From contig JAEZZR010000002.1 of the NCBI GenBank assembly GCA_023418505.1, positions 48,585 to 112,584 of the forward strand: 64,000 bases of DNA, in the 5' to 3' direction. The position numbers and the translations under genes were made by a program. Source of the DNA: Actinomycetes bacterium (GTDB lineage: Bacteria; Actinomycetota; Actinomycetes; Mycobacteriales; Mycobacteriaceae). Shown here piece by piece: positions 21,485 to 29,791 of this stretch (the stretch's first letter is position 1; each line of letters begins with the position of its first letter). Under the pieces are notes generated by a model, which was not told the origin of the DNA, made no database searches, and saw nothing but the letters and a program-made list of their open reading frames with translations.

Positions 21485-22927
21485 CTATCCGGCGAAACGA
21501 TCGCCGTGATCGCGGCTTGGTCGCACCGAACGTAAGTGGTGATCTGCTGGCTCGGCGGTTTCGAGCTCTAGTTCTTCTGGCTCTAAACCGAAATCGGCAG
21601 CAGATGCGAATGGCAGGTCGGCGAAATCAGCTGCTTCGTCGTCAAGCTCTACTACTACTGCTCCTGGACGGCGCAGACGCTGTGGTACACCGAGCTCGTC
21701 GTCTTCGTAATTGCGCACGCCTAAGCGAGCCATCTTGATGCGCTGGATGCGGCGGGCGTTGAGCTCGCGTTCCGCGATCACCGTGCGCCGCAGAGTAACC
21801 AGGTAGACGGTCAAGATTGCCACTCCTGCCAGTGGCAGCCACCAAGTCCAACCGCCGAAGAAGAAGCCAACTGCAGTAGCAATCACTACCGCCATCACCA
21901 GGATCATTACGCTGCGGCGCCGGCGATCATAGCGAGTCGCTGCGTAACGCTGTGCTGCCTCTGGATCGAAGCCACCGCGACCACGGCGACGCTCGGCGAA
22001 AGCGAGATCTTCCTCGGTCAGATCATCTTCGGTGAGCTCTTCTTGCACGAAGTGATCGCGCGATTGAGGCTCGGTGTCTTCGGCGAGCTCTTCGGACTGG
22101 GACTCGGGCTCGGCTACATCGTCTTCATCAGCTTCATCGTCTTCGACAATGCCCATACCCATGGCATCTTCGAGCACCAAACGTGGATCTTCTTCAACCG
22201 TGCGAGTAACTTCATCGCGACTTTGATCGGCTCGGGTCTGCGAGGCACGGTTCAAGCTAGTGACGTTCTGACGACCTGCTTGCTCTGTGTCTTCCTGGTT
22301 CGAGTCTTCCTGCTCTGTGTCTTCCTGGTCCGAAGCGGTCGCAGCTTCAAGATCTGCTTCCGACGATTCTTCGGCACTAGAAGCGTCAGCGCTCGCGGCT
22401 TGGTTACCTTCAGCGGCCTCAGCCTCAGCCTCATCGTCAGTGATAGCCACAATTTCACCGGTAACTGGTGCATCGTCGCCGAGGTCTAGTTCCTCATCGG
22501 CATCGTTTTTACGTCCGAAAGTCCGCGCTAGGCGGCGGCGTGCCACTTCCAAGCTGGCGGTCGAAGCGGATTCATCAGTGTCGTCAATCAGCACTAATTC
22601 TTGACTATCAGTGGCGTGGTCACTCTCGGGCGCAGATGGCTGAGCATTAGTTTCCTTGGCGCCGTCGTCGGCAGCGTTGTCAACGAGCTCTGCATCAACG
22701 AGCTCCACGTCGTCCTGATTGTCCTCCCGCGCGCGACGCACATCGCGCTGCGAAAACGTAGGCTTGCGACGCGAACGAGTCACCTCATCGCCACCCCGGT
22801 GAAGCAGGCGCGTCTTACCCAACGCATCTGAGGTGCGGCGGATCGGCTCCCGATCACTGACCACCAACGGAGCCAGCACAAAGAGCCAAACCACCACAAA
22901 CAGCACCAGCAGCAGTGAGGTTGACAT
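21485..22927 (-). CDS. GlpR/SepX-like divisome membrane protein with a long acidic linker
   Basis: 480 aa. N-terminal TM (LLLVLFVVVWLFVLAPLVV), a central D/E-rich low-complexity region of ~300 aa with a 30-bp-period repeat, then two TM segments. Its position after moeA-like and rimJ-like genes matches Rv0996 and C. glutamicum GlpR. Confidence 0.6.
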   Translation of the reverse strand: MSTSLLLVLFVVVWLFVLAPLVVSDREPIRRTSDALGKTRLLHRGGDEVTRSRRKPTFSQRDVRRAREDNQDDVELVDAELVDNAADDGAKETNAQPSAPESDHATDSQELVLIDDTDESASTASLEVARRRLARTFGRKNDADEELDLGDDAPVTGEIVAITDDEAEAEAAEGNQAASADASSAEESSEADLEAATASDQEDTEQEDSNQEDTEQAGRQNVTSLNRASQTRADQSRDEVTRTVEEDPRLVLEDAMGMGIVEDDEADEDDVAEPESQSEELAEDTEPQSRDHFVQEELTEDDLTEEDLAFAERRRGRGGFDPEAAQRYAATRYDRRRRSVMILVMAVVIATAVGFFFGGWTWWLPLAGVAILTVYLVTLRRTVIAERELNARRIQRIKMARLGVRNYEDDELGVPQRLRRPGAVVVELDDEAADFADLPFASAADFGLEPEELELETAEPADHHLRSVRPSRDHGDRFAG

Positions 22928-23044
22928 TCACGGACCTCCTACAAAAGACAACAAAAGCCACAACAGCTAACTTTTCCCAGGGTAATGGCAATTGAAAGCG
23001 ATGCGGCTAAGGCACGCCGCGGATTTCGTTGCCGTGGCCACTAA

Positions 23045-23659
23045 CTAATCGCCATGCCACGCCTCTGGTTCGGCGTAGCCTGCCTGGGTCACTCTGCCTA
23101 CTACAGCAGCCGGAGCAATCGTGGACAGCAGCTGATGATCGCGCCACGCGCCATCCATGTGGAACGCCTCGCGTACCACACCCTCTAGCTGGAAACCGCA
23201 ACGTCGCAACACTTCCAGAGACGCAAAATTATCCTCTCGCACGGTTGCTTCCACCCGGTGCACACCGAGTTTCGCTGCCGCATCACACGCCAGTGCCACT
23301 GCTGCTGTAGCAATGCCTGCGCCATAGTACGGCGAGCCCACCCAATAGCCCACCCAGCACGAAGCCACGGGATACGGCCGAATCGAGCCGAGCGTGACCA
23401 TGCCACGGCACTGGCCATCAACATCGATTGCGGTTACTACCGCAGTGCGGTCGCGCTCCATGAGTTTCCATTGCCGGCGCAACCGGCGAAACTCACCTGC
23501 CGAATGCAACTCTTCCCACGATCCGTGCACCGTGGGCTCGACCCGTCGTAAAGCGTGTTCATCTAGCAACCGCAACCGGCGCCACTGCTGATAATCACCG
23601 CGCACCAACGGCCGCAAACGCACTGCCCCGGCGGGTACGATCAAACGCTCCGAGCGCAT
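23045..23659 (-). CDS. GNAT family N-acetyltransferase (RimJ/RimL-like)
   Basis: 204 aa. Acetyl-CoA binding region (VGYWVGSPYYGAGIATAA). Synteny with rimJ (Rv0995). Confidence 0.85.
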   Translation of the reverse strand: MRSERLIVPAGAVRLRPLVRGDYQQWRRLRLLDEHALRRVEPTVHGSWEELHSAGEFRRLRRQWKLMERDRTAVVTAIDVDGQCRGMVTLGSIRPYPVASCWVGYWVGSPYYGAGIATAAVALACDAAAKLGVHRVEATVREDNFASLEVLRRCGFQLEGVVREAFHMDGAWRDHQLLSTIAPAAVVGRVTQAGYAEPEAWHGD

Positions 23660-23672
23660 CGCCGCAACGCTC

Positions 23673-24977
23673 TTACGCCTGGCGCGCCAGGAACAGCACC
23701 TGCACCTGATCGCCTGGGCGCACGTGCGTGACCTCGGGCTCGATCATGATGAGGCAATTCGATTCGGTCATGCCGGCAAGTAGGTGCTGCTGCGCTGCCG
23801 ATGTTCCACCCAACGGTTGTACCAGGTAATCCCCAGTTTCCCGATCGCGCATTAGCTGCCCGCGAATATAACCGCGCCGGCCAGCCACGCTATCAATCGA
23901 CGCCACAACCCGAGCTTGTACTGCTTTACGACGCGGATTGCGCTTGCCCAACGCCAACCGAATCAACGGGCGCACCATAACCTCGAAGACCACCAGCGCA
24001 GCTACTGGGTTACTAGGCAGCAAGAACACTGGGATCTTTTCTTCTCCCAGCAATCCGAAGCCTTGGACGGAACCAGGATGCATTGCCACTCGCGACACAT
24101 CGATTTCGCCAATTTCTGCCAGGATGCGGCGAATCTCGTCGCCTGCTTGGCCACCGACCGCGCCGGTAATCACCAGCAACTCGCTTTTAATCAGTTGGCC
24201 TTCGATGATTTCGCGAATCCGGCGCGGCTCGCCGGCGGCAATACCCACGCGGTGCACATTGGCGCCGGCATCGCGGCCAGCAGCACTTAAGGCATACGAG
24301 TTCACATCGAATACCTGGCCAAGTCCAGGAGCACGATCAATATCCACTAGCTCCTTGCCCACCGATAGCACTGCCATGCGTGGCCGCGGGTGCACCAACA
24401 CCTTCGAGCGACCCACTGCAGCCAGCAGTCCCACATGCGAGGCATGGATGACGGTGCCAGCAGAAACTGCGACGTCGCCAGGCTGCACATCGTCACCGAT
24501 CTTGCGCACAAAATCGCCCGAGCGCACCGGACGGATCGCCCGCACGCGACGGCGCTGATTGCTGCCCCCAGCCATGCGATCGGTAGCGGGATCATAGTCA
24601 GTCCAAGTCAACGGCAATACAGCATCGGCCAAGGTAGGCAGAGGCGCCCCCGTTTGTACCCGCACGGCCTGGTTCGGCTGCAAGCGCATCGGATGATGCG
24701 AACCAGCCGCTACTTCGCCAACAACCGGCAGCTCTACTTCAGAGAAGTCAGTTAAGCGCGAGCGCTCCCCTGATCGCATGGCGGCTTCGCCTGCCACATC
24801 AACGGCGCGTACGGCATAGCCATCGATAGCTGCCTGGTTAAAGCCTGGGAGCGGATTTTCCGCCAGCACATCCTCGGCACACAGCAAGCCTAAAGATTCA
24901 GAGATCGCGATCCGCACAGGATCGGGGCGAACCGCATTAGCGGTAATTACTGCTAGTTGCTCTTCTACCGATCGCAT
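23673..24977 (-). CDS. moeA: MoeA-family / gephyrin-like protein (Glp-type)
   Basis: 434 aa. MoeA N, MoCF-binding and C-terminal domains are recognisable (ELLVITGAVGGQAGD, FLLPSNPVAALV). ATGA start/stop overlap with galU. Confidence 0.88.
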   Translation of the reverse strand: MRSVEEQLAVITANAVRPDPVRIAISESLGLLCAEDVLAENPLPGFNQAAIDGYAVRAVDVAGEAAMRSGERSRLTDFSEVELPVVGEVAAGSHHPMRLQPNQAVRVQTGAPLPTLADAVLPLTWTDYDPATDRMAGGSNQRRRVRAIRPVRSGDFVRKIGDDVQPGDVAVSAGTVIHASHVGLLAAVGRSKVLVHPRPRMAVLSVGKELVDIDRAPGLGQVFDVNSYALSAAGRDAGANVHRVGIAAGEPRRIREIIEGQLIKSELLVITGAVGGQAGDEIRRILAEIGEIDVSRVAMHPGSVQGFGLLGEEKIPVFLLPSNPVAALVVFEVMVRPLIRLALGKRNPRRKAVQARVVASIDSVAGRRGYIRGQLMRDRETGDYLVQPLGGTSAAQQHLLAGMTESNCLIMIEPEVTHVRPGDQVQVLFLARQA

Positions 24978-25930
24978 CAGTCCGCCTTCAACCGTTCTGT
25001 GAGATAGTTACGCAACCCCGGACCATAATCCGGATCCTGCAGCGCAAAATCTACACACGCACGGATAAAGCCACCAGGATTGCCCAAATCATGTCGGTGC
25101 CCATGATGCACCACAATGTGGACTGGGTGGCCTTCTTGAATCAGCAGTTCGATAGCGTCGGTGAGCTGGTACTCGCCACCTTTGCCACGCGGAATGCGTC
25201 GTAAAGCATCAAAAATGGCGCGATCCAAAAGGTAGCGCCCGGTAGCAACAAAGTTCGATGGTGCTTCGCTAATCGCAGGCTTTTCCACCATGCCCCGCAC
25301 CGCTTTGACCTCTGCGCCTACGGCTTCGGAAATATCGGCCTCAGGGGCTTCAATATCGAACACGCCGTAATTAGAGACCTCTTCATCAGGCAGCTCCAGC
25401 GCACACAACACCGAGCCACCAAATTCACGACGTACCTGCGCCATCTTGTCCATCACACCCACAGGTAGGACTAGATCGTCTGGGAGCATGACAGCCACGG
25501 CGGTTTCGTCGTCGTCAAGCAAAGGCTCTGCCACTAACACCGCATGGCCAAGACCAAGCGGAGTTTCCTGTACCACCGACTTGACGTCGATAAGCTCCGG
25601 CGCACGACGCACCTTCGCCGCAATCGCGTCCTTCCCGCGCTGGGTGAGCAACTCCTCCAAATCACGACGCGGCACGAAATGCCCCAGCACCCCGTCCTTC
25701 TGCGGCGCAGTTACCACTGCCAGGCGCGCAGCACCCGCACTAGCTGCCTCTGCGGCGATGATCTCGATACCCGGCGTATCTACTACCGGCAACAATTCCT
25801 TCGGCACAGTTTTCGTAGCCGGCAAGAAACGCGTACCCATACCCGCAGCAGGCACAATCACCGTACGCAGACGAAAACCATCCGTGCCATCAGCAGAGAA
25901 ATGAGCAGAGGAATCGGTAGTAGAGGTCAT
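24977..25930 (-). CDS. galU: UTP--glucose-1-phosphate uridylyltransferase
   Basis: Conserved core starts at MTSTTD...VIVPAAGMGTRFLPATKTVPKELLPVVD, so I trimmed the start from the ORF-track 26437 to the ATG at 25930. Confidence 0.93.
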   Translation of the reverse strand: MTSTTDSSAHFSADGTDGFRLRTVIVPAAGMGTRFLPATKTVPKELLPVVDTPGIEIIAAEAASAGAARLAVVTAPQKDGVLGHFVPRRDLEELLTQRGKDAIAAKVRRAPELIDVKSVVQETPLGLGHAVLVAEPLLDDDETAVAVMLPDDLVLPVGVMDKMAQVRREFGGSVLCALELPDEEVSNYGVFDIEAPEADISEAVGAEVKAVRGMVEKPAISEAPSNFVATGRYLLDRAIFDALRRIPRGKGGEYQLTDAIELLIQEGHPVHIVVHHGHRHDLGNPGGFIRACVDFALQDPDYGPGLRNYLTERLKAD

Positions 25931-25999
25931 AGCCACACGATACCTATCAGACCTACGAAACGGCTTGAGGCGTGCGCAGATTCGGGTAACTTGTATCTC

Positions 26000-26878
26000 A
26001 TGGCCACTGAGAAGAATGAATTGCGGGCAGCTACGGCCACCCAACGCGCGAATTACTCTCTGTCGATGCGGGTTCGCTCGGACGTGTTCTTGTTTATCAA
26101 CGTCATTACCTGGATTCATTCTCGGCTTAGCGACGCTTCCGGTTACAGCCCAGCTTCCCGAAATGCAGTTGCTCACGACGATGGAGCTGCCGACGAAACT
26201 CCCGTCGCAGAGACCACCATCGATGAACTGGGCAATCGCCTGGAAACACTGCGCAGTTTCGATAAGCCACTGGTAGTGGCAGCCTATGTTCCGGCCGAGG
26301 ACGAGCCCGGCGCGGCGTTGAAGCTCGAAGTTATTGACCGCATCATCGCGAATAAGGGCGCGGCGAAGGCGGTGCCGGAGCGGGGTCAGCAGGCAGCGTC
26401 TGATCGGGATGAGCACCATGCTTCCGTGCCCGACCACCTGCGCAGTGCTTTTATTGAAGCTCTCGACGCATTCCTACCGGAGGGCTCCACGATTTTGCTA
26501 CCCCAGTGCCCACCGGGGCCGGCAGCGCCGTTGCACTGGGCCCAATACGAAGGTGTGGGCTCGTTGCGCGTCGGCCGCTACGGCCTGCTGGAGCCCATCG
26601 GCCAGAATCTAGGCGCCGAAGCGGCAAACTCTGCTGATCTGGTGCTGGTTCCGGGTCTGGCAGGCGATCGTCACGGCAATCGTCTGGGCCGCGGTGAAGG
26701 CTACTTCGATCGTTCCATGGAGATCTTTACCTCTGAAGTGGCAGATCGTATCGTGCCTACCCGTACTGCTTTACTGTTATTCCCCGATGAGCTTTACGAC
26801 GCTATTGCCGTAGAAGAACACGACCTACCGGTAGATACGATCATCACCTCGAAGGAAATCCTGGAAATTCCTGCCTAA
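26000..26878 (+). CDS. 5-formyltetrahydrofolate cyclo-ligase family protein
   Basis: Start chosen at MATEKNELR (ATG 26000). C-terminal motif LVLVPGLAGDRHGNRLGRGEGYFDR. Divergent from galU as in M. tuberculosis. Contains extra low-complexity inserts. Confidence 0.8.
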   Translation: MATEKNELRAATATQRANYSLSMRVRSDVFLFINVITWIHSRLSDASGYSPASRNAVAHDDGAADETPVAETTIDELGNRLETLRSFDKPLVVAAYVPAEDEPGAALKLEVIDRIIANKGAAKAVPERGQQAASDRDEHHASVPDHLRSAFIEALDAFLPEGSTILLPQCPPGPAAPLHWAQYEGVGSLRVGRYGLLEPIGQNLGAEAANSADLVLVPGLAGDRHGNRLGRGEGYFDRSMEIFTSEVADRIVPTRTALLLFPDELYDAIAVEEHDLPVDTIITSKEILEIPA

Positions 26879-26896
26879 TTTTTAATTCCTGCCTAG
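26866..26896. repeat. Two 13-bp copies AATTCCTGCCTAR, 18 bp apart, spanning the stop codon
   Basis: Copies at 26866-26878 (ends in the TAA stop) and 26884-26896 (ends in an in-frame TAG). Confidence 0.85.
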
Positions 26897-26999
26897 TTGT
26901 GGCGAACCGAACTGGGTGAAGCTACGTCTGTCTTTTGTAACGATGCAGGCGTATCTGCGGGTTGCAGATCTTTTATAAGGGCGGGAGCGATCATTTCCA

Positions 27000-27629
27000 G
27001 TGGTGTTTTCCAGGGCTATTCCAGAGGTATCGCCATACCGAATTCGGTTTTTCTTGCGGCGCAGGTGGCGCCATCTGGCCGCCATCGCTTTAGTGGTGCT
27101 GGCCATCATTGTGGCAATTCAAGATGCCACCGGAGCTACGAAGGGTGCGGTACCGGTTGTGGTAGCTACGAAGAATATTGATGCTGGGGTAGGCATCACC
27201 GAAGCTGATGTTGCTATCAGGCATCTCCCCCGCGAATACGCCACAGAAACGGCGCTGAGCGAGGTGGCTGCAGTAGTTGGCAAACGCGCCGCAGTGCCAA
27301 TTACCACTGGTGAGGCACTTACTTCCCACCGGATCATTGATTCTGAATTGGCAGCTGCGGTCACGGGCGATGCCGAAGCTAGCATCGTGGCAATTACCCC
27401 GTCAGATGGCGGCTTATTACCGGTACTGAACGCCGGCGATCGCGTTGACATTATTCGAAGTGGCGATGATCACCTCACTCCGATTCCCGTTGCCACCGAT
27501 ACCCGGGTACTATTCGCTGATACCGACAGTGGCGTGGTTTATTTGGCCGCACAACCGCATGTTGCGGTACTTTTGGCTGCCAGTTCAATCGAAATACCGC
27601 TAACTTTGGTGATGGCTGCACGCCACTAG
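27000..27629 (+). CDS. SAF domain-containing membrane-anchored protein (CpaB/RcpC-like N-terminus)
   Basis: 209 aa, GTG start. One N-terminal TM segment, then a SAF-like segment (VVVATKNIDAGVGITEADV...PITTGEALT). Confidence 0.55.
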   Translation: MVFSRAIPEVSPYRIRFFLRRRWRHLAAIALVVLAIIVAIQDATGATKGAVPVVVATKNIDAGVGITEADVAIRHLPREYATETALSEVAAVVGKRAAVPITTGEALTSHRIIDSELAAAVTGDAEASIVAITPSDGGLLPVLNAGDRVDIIRSGDDHLTPIPVATDTRVLFADTDSGVVYLAAQPHVAVLLAASSIEIPLTLVMAARH

Positions 27630-27667
27630 AGTTTTCACACGATTTTTATTTCAAAAAGGAAGACACC

Positions 27668-28081
27668 ATGCTTAAGGGCTTTAAAGATTTCATCCTGCGC
27701 GGCAACGTCATCGACTTGGCAGTTGGTGTGGTCATCGGTGCTGCATTCACCTCTATCGTCAGCGCCTTCACCGACAACCTGCTACAGCCACTGATTAACT
27801 CCATCGGCGGCGCCGAAGTAGAAGGCCTAGGTTTCCGCATTCTGTCCGACAACCCAGCAACCTACTTGGACTTCGCAGCTGTTATCACCGCGGTAATCAA
27901 CTTCCTGTTGGTCGCTGCCGTGGTCTACTTCGTAGTGGTCATGCCAATGAACAAGTTCAACGAAATGCGTGAAGCTCGCATCGAAACCGCTGCCGAGCCA
28001 GAGGTCACCGAAGCTGATCTGCTCACCGAGATCCGCGACCTACTAAAGGAAAACAACGCCAACAACGGCACTAAGCAATAA
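27668..28081 (+). CDS. mscL: Large-conductance mechanosensitive channel
   Basis: 137 aa. MLKGFKDFILRGNVIDLAVGVVIGAAF is the canonical MscL N-terminus. Confidence 0.96.
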   Translation: MLKGFKDFILRGNVIDLAVGVVIGAAFTSIVSAFTDNLLQPLINSIGGAEVEGLGFRILSDNPATYLDFAAVITAVINFLLVAAVVYFVVVMPMNKFNEMREARIETAAEPEVTEADLLTEIRDLLKENNANNGTKQ

Positions 28082-28104
28082 AGCGCACTAAGCGATAAAG
28101 CGCA
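28068..28104. repeat. Two tandem 17-bp copies GCACTAAGCRATAAAGC between mscL and the convergent SDR gene
   Basis: Copy 1 contains the mscL TAA (28079-28081). Copy 2 contains the SDR stop on the other strand (CTA 28088-28090). Confidence 0.9.
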
Positions 28105-28852
28105 TCACTACCTTCACTACCTGGTCTGGTGCTAGACGGCGGCTAAACCGCAGAGCTTTCTCCACTAAGGAAACTCCGAAGTGAATCTGCTGTTTACGCC
28201 ACGGATTCTTCGTAGTTACGCTACGCCAGACCTGGGTAGCTACCTCTTCGGGTGTGATGTTCACACCCAACTTATCGATACTGCGGGCATCGGCTTCCGC
28301 AAGCTTTGTATCGGTCCATAATGGCGCCACAGTGGTAACGCGGATCTTATCCTTGCGCCACTCTTGGCCCAGGCCTTCGGTCAAACCTTCCACATAGAAC
28401 TTTGTTGCCGAGTAGACGGTGATATCTGGTTGGCCGAAAATAGCCGACGCACTACTGATGTTCACCAGATGGCCACCACCACGTAGGTACCGGTGGCCAT
28501 ACCGGGCGCCAAAGGTGACGCCCAAAGCATTAACGTCGAGGATCTTGCGAATCCGATTCGGATCTTCTTCGGCTACCGGACCGCTAATGATGATGCCGGC
28601 GTTATTGTCCAGCACATCAATATGCCCACCAACTTTGCTGGCAAATTCGGCCAGTGCCTCTTGCCACGAATTCTCGTCCGTGACATCCAAGTATCCCGTA
28701 TGAACACGGGACTGCTGTGCTGGTGGCAGGTTATCTGCCCACTCCACTTCGGCGAGATCGTAAGCGCCTACCGTCCAGCCTTCGGAAAGAAACTTCCACG
28801 CAGTAGCTTTACCGATTCCGGACGCTGCGCCTGTAATGAAAATTGACTTCAT
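28088..28852 (-). CDS. SDR family oxidoreductase
   Basis: Start trimmed to MKSIFITGAASGIGKA (Rossmann TGxxxGIG). NNAG and YSATK catalytic motifs present. Confidence 0.88.
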   Translation of the reverse strand: MKSIFITGAASGIGKATAWKFLSEGWTVGAYDLAEVEWADNLPPAQQSRVHTGYLDVTDENSWQEALAEFASKVGGHIDVLDNNAGIIISGPVAEEDPNRIRKILDVNALGVTFGARYGHRYLRGGGHLVNISSASAIFGQPDITVYSATKFYVEGLTEGLGQEWRKDKIRVTTVAPLWTDTKLAEADARSIDKLGVNITPEEVATQVWRSVTTKNPWRKQQIHFGVSLVEKALRFSRRLAPDQVVKVVMRFIA

Positions 28853-28937
28853 GCACCACAGGCTACCCCGCAGCTGCATAAATTTGTTCAATTACAGAAA
28901 ATCTTTAGTGGCAGATTTAAAGCGGACACCCCACCAA

Positions 28938-29186
28938 TTAGTCCCGCCAATGCGGTGGCCGTTGTTCTTGCCAGAATTCCTCGTCAAAGCCGAAGCCACC
29001 TGCATCCGAACCATGCGCCCAACGCCGCTGCGCCTGCTGCCGCTGCGCATTCATATAGCGCTCAGCGCTCTCCCGGCGCTGCTGCTCCTGCGATTTCGGT
29101 CGCGCCCCTGCTCGACGACGTACGCGCCGGGCGCCTCGGCGGTCCTGCCTCTCCGCCGCGCCGTCGTTAGACTTGCCAGCAGTCAA
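28938..29186 (-). CDS. Hypothetical small Arg/Gln-rich protein; start uncertain (TTG 29186 or internal ATG)
   Basis: This is the only frame in the moaB-to-SDR gap with a protein-like C-terminus (WAHGSDAGGFGFDEEFWQEQRPPHWRD). Codon usage is atypical (many CGA/CGG/AGG). No family recognised. Confidence 0.25.
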   Translation of the reverse strand: MTAGKSNDGAAERQDRRGARRVRRRAGARPKSQEQQRRESAERYMNAQRQQAQRRWAHGSDAGGFGFDEEFWQEQRPPHWRD

Positions 29187-29715
29187 GATCTTGAATGATG
29201 TGGTGAGCCAAAGGGCCAAGCGTTGCCATACCGTCGCGCACTGCCGCACGAGTGCGAGCTAGGTTGACGATCACCGTCTGCCCAGATACCCCTGCCATAC
29301 CCCGCGATAGTCCTGCTTCGGGGGAACCAGCTGCCAACCCAGAGGCACGCAGTGCTTGTTCCAAACCCATCAGCCGTTTGTCAAGCACCTTCTTGGTGGC
29401 CTCAGGCGTTGCATCACGCGGTCCCACACCAGTGCCACCAACTACCAGCACCAGGTCAGCGCCACCGACCACAGCGGTTTCCAAAGCTTGTCGGATCTTG
29501 CGCTTTACCAAAGGGGTAGAGACTACTGCGTCAACAGTGAAGTTATCTTCTTCTAGCAGCTCGATTAGTAGGCGCTGATAGCTTTCGTCATCATCATTGT
29601 TATCGCCTACCAACACCACCATGGCGCTACGCGGTAGTTGGTCGCTGGAGTGCTTTTCAATCTCAGCGAGTTCTCCTGGGTCGGGTTCCTGAAAAATTAC
29701 TGTTTGGGCATTCAC
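29167..29715 (-). CDS. MoaB/MogA family molybdenum cofactor biosynthesis protein
   Basis: 182 aa, GTG start. ADLVLVVGGTGVGPRD motif. Synteny with moaB2 after pepD. Confidence 0.85.
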   Translation of the reverse strand: MNAQTVIFQEPDPGELAEIEKHSSDQLPRSAMVVLVGDNNDDDESYQRLLIELLEEDNFTVDAVVSTPLVKRKIRQALETAVVGGADLVLVVGGTGVGPRDATPEATKKVLDKRLMGLEQALRASGLAAGSPEAGLSRGMAGVSGQTVIVNLARTRAAVRDGMATLGPLAHHIIQDLDCWQV

Positions 29716-29730
29716 CAGTGGCTCGACTTT

Positions 29731-29791
29731 CTAATTGGCGGTGTCTATTTGGCAGTATCTGATTGGCAGCTAATTGGAAGCTAGTTGGCAG
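29731..29791. repeat. Five tandem copies of CTNNTTGGNAG (periods 14, 14, 11, 11 bp); the last is the real 3' end of the HtrA-like gene
   Basis: CTAATTGGCGGTGT, CTATTTGGCAGTAT, CTGATTGGCAG, CTAATTGGAAG, CTAGTTGGCAG. On the minus strand each reads ..CTGCCAANTAG like the gene end AAN-stop. Confidence 0.9.

Noticed and set aside
25544-26437. Mutually overlapping long extensions of the divergent galU (to 26437) and MTHFS (from 25544) ORFs
   Set aside because: Both extensions are non-homologous and overlap the other gene. Conserved N-termini and start codons are at 25930 (galU) and 26000 (MTHFS).
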